A DNA stretch of 64,000 nt from Microthyrium microscopicum (taxonomy: Eukaryota), in contig MU004234.1 of the NCBI GenBank assembly GCA_010405405.1, positions 1,515,275 through 1,579,274 of the forward strand, given 5' to 3'. A model generated the notes under the pieces. The model did no database searches. It was not told the DNA's origin and worked only from the letters and a program-made list of their open reading frames with translations. The position numbers and the translations under genes are program-made. Positions within the stretch are counted from its first letter, which is position 1, and every line of letters begins with the position of its first letter. Positions 50,745 to 64,000 of the stretch are shown here, piece by piece.

Positions 50745-52067
50745 ATGACGGATGAACACGAACGCCGTGCTTCCGTCATCTCTAAACTAGAGCGGGAATA
50801 TTCTCGTGTTGACACCTCTCTCATTCATGCTCTCGCGTTCGACCATGATCCTCTTACTTCTTTGGATGCCTTACGCCAGACTTTAGATACTCTCTCAGAA
50901 CTCGCCCAAGTCGACGATGTAGACGGTAATTTCGATTCATCCGGTACTGGTGGCTTTGCTGGAAGTAGTGAAGAGAGTAAGACTCCTGATCACTCTTCTG
51001 GTGTTGACAAGAGAACTCTGCCTTCAGACCTCACCAGCCTCGACAGTGCTTTGGAACGTCTGAGCTCCGATGATTCGACATATACTGACAAGTTTGACGA
51101 TGCTGTCGATCCACTCGAACTGCTCGATGATGATCAAAAAGTTGCAGCTCTTCAGTCAATGTTTCCTGATCAGAAAGCGAACGACATCAAATTCTTCTTG
51201 AAAAAGGCCAAAGGTGGCATTAAGGACGCCATCGAGACCCTTCTCACCAATGTGTTCCTGACTGACGAAAACCTCCTTCTTAAGGGTGTGGACGGTTTCG
51301 CAGCTGAGGAGCAATTCACCGTCGTCAAGCGCAAGAAGAAGCGCGGCAAGGAGAATAACTCGCCCCCCAGTCCTGCTGACTTGACACCACAGCGTGTCTC
51401 CTCTCCATGGATCAACACCTCATCATCTTCGGCCGTCACCACACGCGCTACAACTTCTCAAACACCCATCAAAATCATCCCATCATATGCTCCTCTCAAT
51501 CTAGACGACCACGAGAAAGAGGCGACTGGCTGGACCCCAGTCGCGCGCAAGAAGGGCCTAGCCTTCTCCTCTCCTGTCACAAACTCCGTTTCTTCATCAG
51601 CATACCACCTCGCCGCCGGCACCGAAGCATACTCCAAAGCCGCCTTGGCATTTCGACGCGGTAAATCCGATCCTCTCTATGGCGGTGCTGCTGCGTATTA
51701 TAGCGAAGAAGCACGTACACATTATGCCGCCTTCAAGTCTTCCTCTGCTGCCGAAGCCGACGCTCACGTCGCTAAGACCTCAACTGCAACTCAGATCGAC
51801 TTACACGGCGTGAATAGCAGCGATGGCCAGCGTATTGCGCTCGCACATGTGCGGTTATGGTGGAACTCGCTTGGCGAAACGAAAATACGATTCCAGGGAC
51901 GCACGGGTGTAGGTGAAGGATTCCGCATTGTTGTGGGCGCTGGTAGACACAGCGCTGGTGGAAAGGCAGTACTGGGCCCGGCGGTATCAAGAGCGCTGGT
52001 TGGCGATGGTTGGAAGGTGGAGATTGGGAGTGGTTTGGTGCTTGTGAAAGGTCGGCAGAAGGGCTAG
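50745..52067 (+). CDS. CUE + Smr domain protein (Cue2/N4BP2-like endonuclease family)
   Basis: CUE-like LQSMFP; YGGAAAYY; Smr IDLHGV...IVVGAGRHS...LGPAV...GWKV. Confidence 0.87.
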   Translation: MTDEHERRASVISKLEREYSRVDTSLIHALAFDHDPLTSLDALRQTLDTLSELAQVDDVDGNFDSSGTGGFAGSSEESKTPDHSSGVDKRTLPSDLTSLDSALERLSSDDSTYTDKFDDAVDPLELLDDDQKVAALQSMFPDQKANDIKFFLKKAKGGIKDAIETLLTNVFLTDENLLLKGVDGFAAEEQFTVVKRKKKRGKENNSPPSPADLTPQRVSSPWINTSSSSAVTTRATTSQTPIKIIPSYAPLNLDDHEKEATGWTPVARKKGLAFSSPVTNSVSSSAYHLAAGTEAYSKAALAFRRGKSDPLYGGAAAYYSEEARTHYAAFKSSSAAEADAHVAKTSTATQIDLHGVNSSDGQRIALAHVRLWWNSLGETKIRFQGRTGVGEGFRIVVGAGRHSAGGKAVLGPAVSRALVGDGWKVEIGSGLVLVKGRQKG

Positions 52068-52584
52068 AAGCGCTGATGTCGCACGCAACAAGCGCAGTGG
52101 GCTGGCCCGTGTTATGTGTTGGTGACTGGAAAGAATGGTTGGCTGGCTTGTGTGGTGAAGTGATGACTGTAATGTACTAATGCTAATGTATGATAATGTT
52201 GCGGCTGCTGTGTTGGTTTGATGAATAGATAGACCTATAGAAATGCTTAGTTGATACTAAGCTCAGACAAATGAAGCATAACTTTTGAATATTTTGCTGC
52301 CTTTTCTCAACTCTTGGTGAAGAATTTCGAGCATCTTAGACATTTGAAGCTCTCGATTATATGAGAACAAGGGGGTCTAAAACGTCGAAGACCATTTGTA
52401 GTACGCTGCGAGCTCATGTCTCATACAAAAACCAACGCGCTTTACTCGGCCCCTCTCACGACCATTTTGAAGCTGGCCCCTCCAACGTGTAAGTCCAACC
52501 GCAGACTTTCCAGCACTCATGCCGAAGCTTTGATACCACTCCTTACAACCAAAATCAAAGTGTCAGCGTCTTTTACAGCTGATA

Positions 52585-53586
52585 ATGAGCTCCAGTGCCA
52601 ATGCTTTAGCGGCGTTCGTGGAAGCTGCGCCACCAGGAGAGGTACGATGGTTACCAGTACTGTCCAAGTCCTAAGCTAAATCCAGTACAACAGCTCTCCA
52701 ATGTCACCTCCGCGATCAAGACTCTGGCCAACGAGTCCGCCCTGAAAACCCTCGAACCCGCATACAAGAAGTACAACGAGGATCAGCTGACGACAGTCAA
52801 ACTCCCAGGCGCAAGCCAATCTGTCCTTGTCAGCGAGCACAACTCCCTAGACGGAGACCGATACTACGACGTGGAGAGCTCGAGCTCCTTCGCCTTTGAT
52901 CATGCCACGCAAAAGGCCAGCGATACACAAAGCTACGTGCTAGAATCATCACACTCAGACACAGTGTAAGTCTGACAGCATACTTCAACGGGACGTGACT
53001 AACGAGAAACAGCAAATCGATACTCAAAGCGCTCAAGACACACACCGACGAGCATTTCCAAACTAGCACCCTCGGCGTCTTCCCCACCGCGTCCGACTCC
53101 AAAATCGCAATCCTCATCGTCGCTAACAAATATAGCCCCAACAACTTCTGGTACGGCCATCTCAGCCACCGAGCTCTCCTCAGCTAACGTCCCACAGGAA
53201 CGGCCGCTGGCGCTCAAAGTACATCTACGATCCTTCTTCCAACTCGCTCACCGGCAGCATCGCGGTAGACGTACACTACTACGAAGACGGCAACGTGCGC
53301 CTCATCACAAACAAAGACGTGACCGCATCTGCGAGCAGCTCAGCAGCGGATGTCGTCAAGGGCATTGCTGCGGCGGAGCGCAAGTATCAGGAGGAGCTAA
53401 ATCGGGGATTTACGGGGCTTAGTGAGGGAGCGTTCAAGGGATTGAGAAGACAATTGCCGGTAACGAGACAGAAGATGGAGTGGGAGAAGGTCAGCAGCTA
53501 TCGGGTCGGGTAAGTTTTGCGTTCTGATGAAATGGAATCAGCTAACGATGTGTAGACAAGATATTGGTGGTGCGGGACGAAGATAG
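52585..53586 (+). CDS. CAP1: F-actin capping protein alpha subunit, 4 introns
   Basis: FVEAAPPGE|L, KYSPNNFW|NGRWRS, VDVHYYEDGNVRL, FKGLRRQLPVTRQKMEWEK; TAG at 53584-53586. Confidence 0.95.
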
Positions 53587-54128
53587 GCGGGTGATATGTC
53601 AAGAGGTTATGAATATATGCCGTTTCATGATGCTCGTTATGAGTTATTGCTGCTGATGTGGTCTGCTAACATGCAGGTCATATGCTCCGAAGCGGCCATC
53701 ACCGATTTATAGAAGACTCCTGAGCGGATCAATGATTTTTGCAAAAAGTTTGGCCGCGAAGTCCAAGGTGATCGGGTTCTAGCATGATGGTAAGACGGCT
53801 GGGTGGCTCCCATCGAGTGCTATCTAGCTCTATTATCCATAGGCGCAAATGCTCAGTATCATATGGAAACCGCGGAAAAGTTCTTAGTTGTCTCTTCAAG
53901 TGGATAAGTCATATCGGGTCATCTCAATTCGGGACGCGGTACGATTGCGCCCGCCCGTCCGCTCCTAACTATTTGGGAAGGAACCACTACCTTATATGTC
54001 CAAGCGCGTCGTTCCTGCTTCATCAAGGCAACAACTCGATATCGTCATTTATTCTCCCCGCTTCTCTCAGTGAGATTTTTCTTCATCTAATTGTACCTTC
54101 AAACTCACTCACTCAAACAACCGCAACC

Positions 54129-57100
54129 ATGCCTCGCAAGCCGGTCAATCAAGCGTTCAATAAATGGCGCAAGCACATTCCAAACGATTACGACAACGAG
54201 CCAAAGCCACTCGGCGAGACCATGCCATCCTTCCTAATCGGAGCCATGCTGCTGCTCAAAGACAACCCCGCGACTATGCAGCAAATAATCCCCCTTTTCG
54301 CAAGCCCAGGTGGACAACATCGACTAGCAGAGTTAGTGGAGCGCTGTGAACAGTCTTTGGGACAGGACGATTATGAGGAGGCGACGTTTCGGGCCGAAGT
54401 CATGGTGAGTTCAATGGTTTTAAGATTGGCGGAGTATGCTGACGAGCCTATAGATATTGTTTGAAATCCTCGCGAGACACGATGTTATGACTTCGCCGGT
54501 AATTTCGGATCCGCTGAAGAACATCTATCGCTTCCTGTGGGGAGAGAACGGAAAAGACTTTCGTATCCTTTTCAACTTTGTGCACGTTTGTGCTTCGAAG
54601 AATTTGGAGAAGACTAATGTTGTCTACGTCCTGAGTGTCTATCACAGCTTTGTTGGCGCTGAATCTCAGGCTCGATCGAATGAGGGCTATCGAGATTTGG
54701 GTCAGAAGCTTCTTGTAAGTGTTGGCCTGTTAATAATGGGAATTATCGATGGCGATGGCAGCCAGGTCGCTCGAAAGCGTGCTATATGCGGTATCATGGG
54801 TTGCCATGGATTTCGATAGGCATAAAACTGGGAAGCTACTTGGACTGACATATTCCAGGTTTTAGCCAAGGCCGCATTGCCCAACGCGAATGCGTTCGAT
54901 CAACCAGAAATAGAACAGCTCATCGAGAAGATTGAAAAGACCGTTCTGCAAGCATCAAGTCCTGCAGCTGGATCAGCTGGACAGGCCTCCAGCTCACCTT
55001 CCCCTCCCAAGTATCTCGTCCCTAAACGACATGATAACGACTTTGAGGACATATGTCGAGTCTCCATCTTGCCAACAGTCGATGAGGCCACTGCACACCG
55101 AGCTGGAGATCCTTATCTACCTACCTTGAACCCACGATCGTGGATTGATGGCGGGGAAAGTGCTACTGGTCTTCTGGATCGTCAATTCCGCCTGCTTCGT
55201 GAAGATACTGTTGGTCCAATCCGAGATGCAGTGCGAGCTATTATCGTCAGAAATGGCTTCAGCGCGCCTAGCGTTGGAGCTTCATCGGCATCAAAACTCA
55301 ATCAAGACGCTGCCCGGACTTTCGTGTATACAGGTCTTGAGTTTCTTAACATATCTGTCGACTCGTTTATACGCGGCATACAGGTGACTGTTGCGGTCAA
55401 TCAGCCAAGTCATCTCAAAGAAATGCCAATCCCGCAACGCGCTCGATGGTGGGAGACATCAAAGCGGCTCCAGAATGAGGTAAGAGATGTCGTATCCCGG
55501 CGACAAAATAAATGGCATTCTCCCATCGGCGGCGATGGCTACCACTAACCGCACTTGCCAACGAGAGTATACTTATTTTCCCATCTTTAATCGATGATTC
55601 GAGCGACTATCTGCGGATTCGATGGTAAATAAAATACTCTGTAAGAAAGCGCGGGACGTGGTAAACATCGCACTCGATGGTAGGATGCCATTAACTCTGC
55701 CGTATCGTTGGCTTCCATACCATAACTACCATAGAACTTGAAAGCAATATACTAACCATAATTGCAGGCTCTTGTCTGTATAGTTCAGCCTGGCGTGGAT
55801 GGAAAACCTTCAGTACGTACCCATATCTCTATCTAGCACTATGACTGACAGAACTAGGTAGTGTTTTGTACGATTACATCAATTCTAAAGCGGTCCAACG
55901 ACAAACGCGACCAAGGTCCACGGCCAAGTGCTCCGATATGGGAGAGATACGGTCTTTCTGGACACAAGCAACAAGCTTTCGTCACGCTAACTCTAGTCAA
56001 TACTGACAAAATGGAAGGTGTCGATGCGGACATTAGCCGTATCCTTCAGGAATTTCCCAAGCCAGCCAGTCCAAACTGGCAATCGAAATCGATACTGGTC
56101 GAGTTTCCTAACATAGTAGTAAGTTTACATGGCTCTCTTAACAAAGGGGTTGTTCCATGTGAGAGTGATCTGACAACATTTTAGCTTCCATCCTTTGAAC
56201 CCACTCTGAAAGCTCTACAGAACATGAAAGTGACCGGACAGTTGCCATTTTCTAGCTTACTCGCTCCAACGGGTCCCAAGGCCTCGGGACAAACTGTTTC
56301 TATACGCCCGCCTCACTACACTTTGAAGCCAGGCTTTGCCTTCAATTTGAAATGTCTCATGAAGGATGGAAAAGATTTGTTTCTGGACTCGCAAGCTACG
56401 TTTGATGCGACTCAATTGCAAAATCAATCTTCACTCGATGCTACTCAGGCCGAAGCTGTTGTTCATGCTCTTACTCGACAAGTATCTTTGATTCAAGGCC
56501 CTCCAGGTAAGCACTTCCGGCCCCAGATAGCCCTTCTTCGTGCAGGTGGCGAATGAACCATTGAAATTATGGCATTCCACGGCACGGCCGGCCGACAAGC
56601 CAAAATGCGCACTCCCGTCGATTACGATGTCTGCCATTGCACTCTATCGCCAGAATATGCTTAAGTTCCCTGCGCATTCAACGGGACATAAAGCACTCGG
56701 CAATAGAGCGTAGTAAATGGTAGATATCATACTTGAAGGGGTTTGCTGTTTCGTTGATTCGTTGGGAAACAATTGTATGCTTCCGCTAACAAAGTTTAGG
56801 CACCGGCAAAAGCTACTGTGGTATCGCTCTTACCAAGGTCTTGATTGACAATGGCGTCGGCCCCGTCCTTGCTGTATGCTACACCAATCACGCCCTGGAT
56901 CAACTGTTAGAGCACCTAGTCAAGTCTGGGATGGAAGGCGTCATTCGAATGGGCTCTCAGTCCAAATCAGAGTTACTAGAGCCTTTCAATCTCCGCAATG
57001 TCATGATGGGTAATTCACGTACAGCGATTGAGAGATCTGCACGAAACGATATCAACAAGGATTTGGATGGACTACGAAACGATGTGGAGGCTCTCGTTGA

Positions 57101-59108
57101 ACAAATCAAAGACGCAGGCAGCTGGTCAAGTATCGAAGGTTTTCTACGACGCCAATATGCTCTACATTTAAAACAGATCCTCGCACTCACTCCAGCTTCA
57201 TCGACCAGGTACGCAATCAAGAAGAAGCACTCATATCCGATGACAAGTGCGATATGCAGGAAACTAATGCAATAATAGAAGTCCTCTAGATTTTTGGCTT
57301 CGTGGGGGCACGCCAATAGGCAATGCTGTTCGCCGATCAGCTAAGGATTTACAGAATTCTCGATTGGACAGTTTGACCAAAACCGAAAGAAGCCAGCTGT
57401 ATGAGTACTGGTAAGATCCCCATCACATCACCTGGAGATGCGATCACATCCACATGAGCTGTGCTAACGATAGAAAAATAGGATCTCTGTCATCAAAGCG
57501 GATCCCTTCGAGAAATTGAGACCTAAAATTCAATCCTGGATCGAAAGTCAAGGACAGCTTGAAGAGGTTCGCATTTCGGAACAGGTCCGGACGCTGCAGA
57601 AAGCTTCAGTGATTGGCGTGACTAGCTCAGGTCTCGCTCGAAATCTCAATCTACTGAACTGCCTGGACTCGAAGGTTGTCTTGATGGAAGAAGCAGGCGA
57701 ACTTCTAGAGGCCCATTCTGTCACTTCGTTAATACCAACTGTTGAGCATGCGATCTTAATTGGAGGTAAATACCTTCGTTCAAATGAGAAGAGAGAGCTA
57801 TGCTAACAACTCCAGATCACCTTCAATTACGCGGTCAAGTAAACAACTATAGCTTATCGTCAGAGTCATCCCATGGGCGTCAGTACGCTCTCGATGTTTC
57901 TCTATTTGAACGGCTCGTTGCGCCTCTCAGTACCGAGCGAGCTCTGGTTCTGCCGTTCACTACACTCGAGGTCCAGCGTCGTATGCATCCTTCAATTTCG
58001 GACTTGGTAAGATTCTTCACCTGTCAGATTACAGGCATAGCCAGTCAACGGGTCGAAGTCAACAAGTGGCTCACTCCCATCAACTATGTTGTCTCCCATT
58101 GTACTTTTGGACCAAAAGGTGCTTTGATTCCTAGCGCAGTCGCTGAAGAGTCGAGGATTTTATCATATAAGATAACGTTCCTGATGGGAGTGTGCTACAT
58201 GGTTACATCGACCCTTTGATTGGTCATGCAACGTGATGGCAGAATATATCTTTCATCATCGAATGCTAACGTATCAGATTCGACAATCGCTCTATCCAAA
58301 GCTTTTGGATGAAAGTAGCGTGGTAGGCGCATATCCAGCGGTCAAAGGGATGGATAGACGACTATTCTGGCTCGATCATCATCAACCTGAAGAGGGCGCT
58401 GACGGAAGCGATACGCTTTCTAATTCCCGAAGCAATCAATACGAAGTCGAGAAGGTCTCGACTCTGGTAGCGTGAGTAACCTCGCCTCTTTCGAGACGAT
58501 GGACTCTTCTTTGTTGCTAATAATACCACAGACATCTCGTCAAGAATGGGTATTCCACAGGACAGAAGTTGGCAATATTGACTCCTTATGTCCGTCAACT
58601 GCAGCTCTTACGTCGTGCACTTTCTCGTCATTTTGAGGTGGCTTTGTCAGAGAAGGATCAAGCTGAAATGGAAAAACAAGGTACGGTCTAATTTTGAGAA
58701 GCTACTGTGGCTTCTGTGACGCTCTTTGCATGCAAAGCTCACTATATCAAATCTTGCTAACAAACGCCAGGTCTCGCACAAGACGCACCGGTGCCACAGA
58801 TGTCCAATCTCAAGCTGAACAAAGACGGAAAGGCAACACTCCTAGATCCCATTCGCGTTGCCACGGTCGACAATTTTCAAGGCGAAGAGGCCGATGTGAT
58901 TGTGATTTCACTTGTTCGATCGAACGCACAGCGCAACTGTGGTTTCTTGCGGACCTCCAACCGTATCAACGTCTTACTTTCGAGAGCAAGACATGGTTGC
59001 TATCTAATCGGTAACGCAGCGACTGCTGAATCGGTTCCTATGTGGGCGACTACCATTCGGCTCCTGAAGAAGGGCAGCAACTTTGGACAAGCCTTGCCAT
59101 ACTGTTAA
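54129..59108 (+). CDS. ZNFX1-like (UPF1-type SF1B) RNA helicase lacking the C-terminal NFX1 zinc fingers; many introns
   Basis: RHDND, DRQFRLLRED, IQGPPG|TGKS, CYTNHALDQ, MEEAGE, LIG|DHLQL, SLFERL, QRRMHP, TVDNFQGEE, NRINVLLSRA; stops at GQALPYC. Confidence 0.88.
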
Positions 59109-59452
59109 AGTCTTGCGATTTTGGTCAGTCCCGGTCTTCAGCCTGAAAATGGAGGGGCTTAAGCTAGCATCTAGCAAAGTATTGAAGGCAATGCTGAATA
59201 CTCCATGTGCTTTAGATCCTTTGGTAATATGACGATACCACTCCTTCTTGCTTCCTGGGATGTTGTAGGGACGATTTGATCCTCTCTTGACCATGATTGT
59301 TATGTATCATGCACTAATCTCCCGTGATCAGGTTTGTATGCTAAGCTGAAGAGCAATGATAGCCCAAGCCAATCATTGTTCCAAATGATCAAATTAGCAA
59401 CACTGGCTGCTCGCAACCGGACACGATATATAACTCAAGAGAGGCGACGAAG

Positions 59453-62400
59453 ATGAGTTTCTCTAAAGGATTTTCGTCCAAGATGTCGGCACCGAAAAAC
59501 AAAGATCTTCTGCTACCTTTCAGAAGCCTTCGACGTAAATTGTCCAGAAGTCGCAGCAAATCGCCATCTGGCCCATTTGCTTCGCAACCGCCTACAGCTC
59601 CATATGCTTCCCTGCCAACTACATCTGCAGCTGGATCGCAACCACCCACATCACTTTCTACCTCGCAACCAGCTGCTGTACCATCGTCTTCACGGCCAAA
59701 TGAGACAGGTGTACGAGAACGTGATACTGACGGAAGTCTCCTGCTGGAGCAAGCACTAGACAGATTATCGAAAGATGAAAGAAAGACGATTCAGCAATGG
59801 ACAAACAAGAATACGGACTTGGCCTTTGAGGAGGCCTACAAGGCTGCTGAAGCCGCTGAGACAGTATGTGAGGACAAACAATGGTCTTTTACCATTGGAG
59901 ATCGTACCGTAAAAGCGAGGTAGAATTTGAAGCAGCGGCCAAAGTGTTAGGAATAGTCACTGAATACATACAGGAGTGTAGCCGACAACATCCTTCAATG
60001 GCTAGATCGATTCAAACCTATTGGTGACATTATGGCCAACGCACAGCCTATCTTTGCTGGTCTTCCGTGGGCGGGAATTCGCTTGCTACTCGAGGTGGGC
60101 GACCAATGAACGGATCCAAGTTGCAAGTCTGATTGCTTTTAGGTTGCAACTTCAGAGCATCGTCTTATGCGCGACATTGCTAATGGCCTTGATTTCGCTC
60201 TATATCACGGAAACAGGTTGAAGGTTTACGTCAGCTACCTCCATAGAATTCCCGCTGGCCAGGCTCGGAACAATTTCGAGTCTCGACTTGTTATTCTCTA
60301 CGCGAACATACTAAGTAAGTGAATCGTTGGAGCTCACGGCTCCAGATAGTGAATCAAAGCCGCAAGACATTACCGAAGAGTATGCTAACAGAAAATAGGA
60401 TTTCTATCTCAAGCTATTCAGCTCCAGGAAGAACATACAGCTATACGATTAGTCGGAGCTTTATGGAAAGAGTCAGATGTACGAAAGTTTGAGGAAGACT
60501 GCCGAAAACACGCTTCTGATGTGGAGAGGGAAGCATCAAATTGCGATCGGGAAATCTTGCTAAGTCTACAAGAGGATCTCGCACGTTTAGACGAACTCAA
60601 ATCCTCACTCGATCTCATTGGCAACACAGTTTCTGATATTTGGACTACTATGAAGGATAACGAAAAGCATGAAGTGTTGATGTGGACATCTCCAATTGCC
60701 CACGCCGATCAACATAACGTAGCTATAAAAGGGCACGTCGAGAATACAGGTGACTGGATCTTCCAACACGAGTCTTACAAAGCCTGGGCTACGGACTCTT
60801 CTTCCAGTATGCTTTGGCTACACGGTGGCGGTAATGAGAAAATTCTCCTCTCTTCGATGTAGTCTGACCTTGCCTAGTTGGAGCCGGGAAAACGAAACTG
60901 ATGGCTCATATAATCGAAAATCATCAGAGTAGTCTGCCATCAGACGAAGGTCTCGCCTACTTCTACTGTAACCGCAACGAAGATTTGCGACGCGACCCTG
61001 ATGTGGTTCTGCGAAGCTTCGTAAAACAGCTGTCAAGTACTCGTGATGGTCGCTCAGCGAATGTTCACAGCGCCTTGGCGAATAAATACAAGGAAAAAAG
61101 AAGCGCGTCTTCGCAGCTTTCGACTGACGAGTGTGAAGATCTACTTCAGAAATTAGCAAAAGCATACAGTAAAACTACTCTGATTCTGGATGCATTAGAT
61201 GAGTGCGAGCAACACTCTAGATTTGGTAAGCTTCCCTTCGGCACTGCACTTAGCACTTCAATTCAAACTGGTTCCAGTGCGCCGATAAATCCTGGACATC
61301 AGGCTGCGAGATTCTGACTAGTTCAAGGTCTACTGAATGTTTTGGATCGGCTGACTACAATTCAATCCCACGTGAAAGTTTTGGTCTCTAGTCGTCCAGA
61401 CAGCGGTATCACACACCGTCTCGAACGAAAGACTAATCTTGGGATAAACGCAACCAACAATGAGCATGATATTGAAAAGTATGTGCGCTTCAGACTTGAA
61501 GCAGACGAACGAGAAAGACGGAAGCCTTTCTCCGAAAAATTGCGTAGAGAAATCATCGCGACAGTGTTCAAGAAGAGCGAGGGCATGTATGTTGAGCCAC
61601 GAATCTATCTCAAAACAAGAACCAATCCGCTTACCCGCTTTGCTTCTAGGTTTCAATGGGCAGTCCTACAAATCAATCAATTACTGGATATGGAGAGAGA
61701 GGCAGATGTCCGAGCGAGGTTGGGAAGGCTTCCAGATGACTTAACTGCCACATACCATGAGATCTACAAAAAGATTACTCGTCAGCCTGGCAGCAAACCG
61801 CTCATTGCCAAGAGAGCGTTCCAGTGGATTTGTTCGGTGCCGCAGCCTCTTGTGGCAGATCAAATCGTTGCAGCAGTTTGTCAAGATGCTAACAGTCAAG
61901 AATTAAAGGAGACCGATATCGACATTGAGTTTGTGATTTCAGCTTGTCAAAATTTGATCAGACAAGATGAGCAGAGCATTATGAGGCTGTCACATCTTTC
62001 CGTTCGCGAGTACTTTGAACGAGAACACACTGAATTGCTTCGGGAGGGCGTACGTGAGTCGATATCTGTTGTTTTGAATTTGCTTCAACATCCGGAATCC
62101 CGGTCTCTCCAACACAAGAGTTCACTCGACGCAAGCAAGAAGGCTCTCACTGCACTTGTTGTTTATGGTCGTAAATATTGGCCCGAGATGTACCGCTCTG
62201 CCGAATCTCTCGGCAGCAGCAACATCGCTCAGTCTGCGCTTGAGTTTCTGGGATCAACTGGAATACCAGGAATAGCCTATTGGGAATGGTATACCATTTT
62301 CAAGGAGGACAATATAGTCGATGTTCAAGATTTTCAATTGTTATTCGCCGGAGCGCCCCAGGATTGGACACAATATTTCGAGCACGTAGAAGAAAATGGG

Positions 62401-63849
62401 CATATATTATTTCCAATCTGCTACTTGGGCCTTGGCACAGCACTGGAAAGATGGTGCGCCCAGTCCGGAGTCGATGCAACATTCGATACGGACCTCAAGA
62501 ATTCTGAGGGCTTTGATCTACTATCTCTCGCAGTGTTACAGAACCATCCATCAACTGTGGAACAGCTACTTGTAAAAGGGGCAGATGTGAACACTCAGCA
62601 TGCTGGCACGTTCGGCAGCGCGCTCGCCCTCGCTGCAACGAGAGGATTCGTCGATATTGTGGTTTTACTTTTGCAACATGGAGCACTGCCTAACGAAAAG
62701 CTGGGAGGACATAGGTACGGAAGCGCTCTTGTAGCCGCAGCTAGCCACGGCAGACTCGAGATCGTGCGAATCCTTCTCGATAAAGGCGCAGATCCTCACC
62801 TGCAAATCGAGAATGGGGAGTATGGTTGCGCCCTAGTAGCCGCTTGTGCCCGCCATGATGGTGCCGATATCATAGAAATACTGCTGAACTGCGGTGTGGA
62901 CATCAACGCACAGCCTAGGGATCAGTTTAGCCCGCTAATGACTGCAATATCACGTGGAAATATAGCACTCGTCAAGCTATTGATTGAGCGTGGAGCAGAT
63001 GTCAATCTGCAAGCTTGTCACAAGTATCATGGTAGCGCCTTGCAAATTGCCGCTGCGGGCGATCAACTGCCCGTACTTCAGTTACTGCTCGACAAAGGGG
63101 CAGAAGTCGATATGCCGCTTGTTAGCGGATCTATGGGCAGTCCGTTGGCCGCCGCAGCCAGCAATGGCCGTTTCGATCATGTAAAACTACTTCTGCAGCG
63201 AGGTGCAGATATCAACGCCCACCTCAATGGCAAGTATGGGAGCGCGCTGGCGGCTGTGGTGTCAGAAGGCGAGCCAGAGTCCGTGAAGTTGTTACTCGAC
63301 CTCGGCGCAGATGTCAATGCACGCCTTAATGGCGATTTTGGCAGCGCACTGGCGGCTGCAGCATACCATGGCAATATGAAGTCCTTGAAGATGCTGCTGA
63401 GGCACGAGGCAGATCCACATGCAATACTGAACGGGAAGTTTGGCAGCGCGCTAGCTGCAGCAGCCTACAAATGTAGAGTTAGGAGCGTGAAGCTACTTCT
63501 TGACCTCGGCGTGGATGCTAAAGCAAGTCTTAGTGGACAATATGGCAATGCTCTTGCGGCCGTGGCCCATGACGGGGAGAGCGATGAGAACTTCGCAGAA
63601 TGTATGCAAGGCTGGAAGTGGGAGAGAAGAGTTTTGAACGAAGACTCGCGCAGAGTAGCGTTGAAGAGGCTCGAAGCTGATAAGATCGCTCGATTGTTAA
63701 GAGAGCATGGTGCAGTTGGTGGGATGTATGACTTCGAACTAGACACCGAGGAGATGCAATCAGTCAAGGTGTTCAGCGAATGGCGTAGTCAGTTGGAGTC
63801 GGACCAGGATTTAGAGTTTGATGAGGAAGTAGATTGGATGAGGAGGTAG
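59453..63849 (+). CDS. Fungal NLR: helical NWD-type N-terminal domain + NACHT + ankyrin repeats; several introns (including in-frame 61587-61649)
   Basis: WLDRFK..GD..AGLPWAGIRLLL; ENTGDW; P-loop WLHGG|VGAGKT; AYFYC; Walker B LILDALDEC; VLVSSRP; GM|FQWA; about 10 ankyrin repeats of the GSALAAAA..G..VKLLL..GADVN type. Confidence 0.92.
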
Positions 63850-64000
63850 ATTCGGATGAGGAGGACGAGTTCAGTGATGTACTGGTGTCTTGCAAGACCA
63901 TATGAATGAGCTGGCTAATTCTGCCTGAAATGCTACACGTACCGGCAGTGTGTTTGCAGTATTATTTGCTTGTGCTAATGAGCTCCCTGCCTTGCAATGG

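Noticed and set aside
55480..55768. Short hairpins (e.g. CCATCG-GCGG-CGATGG) and an internal branch-like motif in a long helicase intron
   Set aside because: 4-6 bp stems are expected by chance; no snoRNA boxes or valid stwintron arrangement could be established.
1..64000. Transposons, RIP-mutated AT-rich blocks, tRNA/rRNA genes, HET-s-like amyloid motifs at the NLR N-terminus
   Set aside because: No transposase/RT motifs, terminal repeats, strongly AT-rich tracts, cloverleaf sequences or amyloid pseudo-repeats recognised by eye; tRNAscan-SE/Infernal/RepeatMasker would be needed to exclude them.

Overview
Gene-dense, intron-containing DNA from a filamentous ascomycete (Pezizomycotina; class not determinable from sequence alone). 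About 22 protein-coding loci can be modelled by hand using GT..AG introns with CTRAY branch sites: secreted GMC oxidoreductase, Bye1, Emp65/TAPT1, a small secreted Cys-containing protein, thymine-7-hydroxylase, a SET protein, a thioredoxin-fold protein, Snf4, Ptc1, a BAR-PH protein, GH27 alpha-galactosidase, a PTH11-like GPCR, a broken HET gene, NCS1 permease, rhomboid, phospholipase D, cyanase, a CUE/Smr protein, Cap1, a ZNFX1-like helicase and a NACHT-ankyrin NLR. The standout is a 78-aa ORF at 13753-13989 with three copies of P-[VI]-[ND]-x-N-x-x-GGGNGQNCTVM, each ending in a CaaX box. It is best read as a multi-copy a-factor-like (farnesylated) mating-pheromone precursor, with HMG-box-type motifs upstream and cyanase (a known a-pheromone neighbour in Sordariomycetes) 35 kb away. 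Other oddities: probable non-AUG initiation of PTC1, a GT..CG in-frame intron in the GH27 gene, an internally deleted HET gene, and a zinc-finger-less ZNFX1 helicase in tandem with an NLR. No rRNA, tRNA, CRISPR array or transposon was recognised. All family calls come from motif recognition by eye, not database searches.
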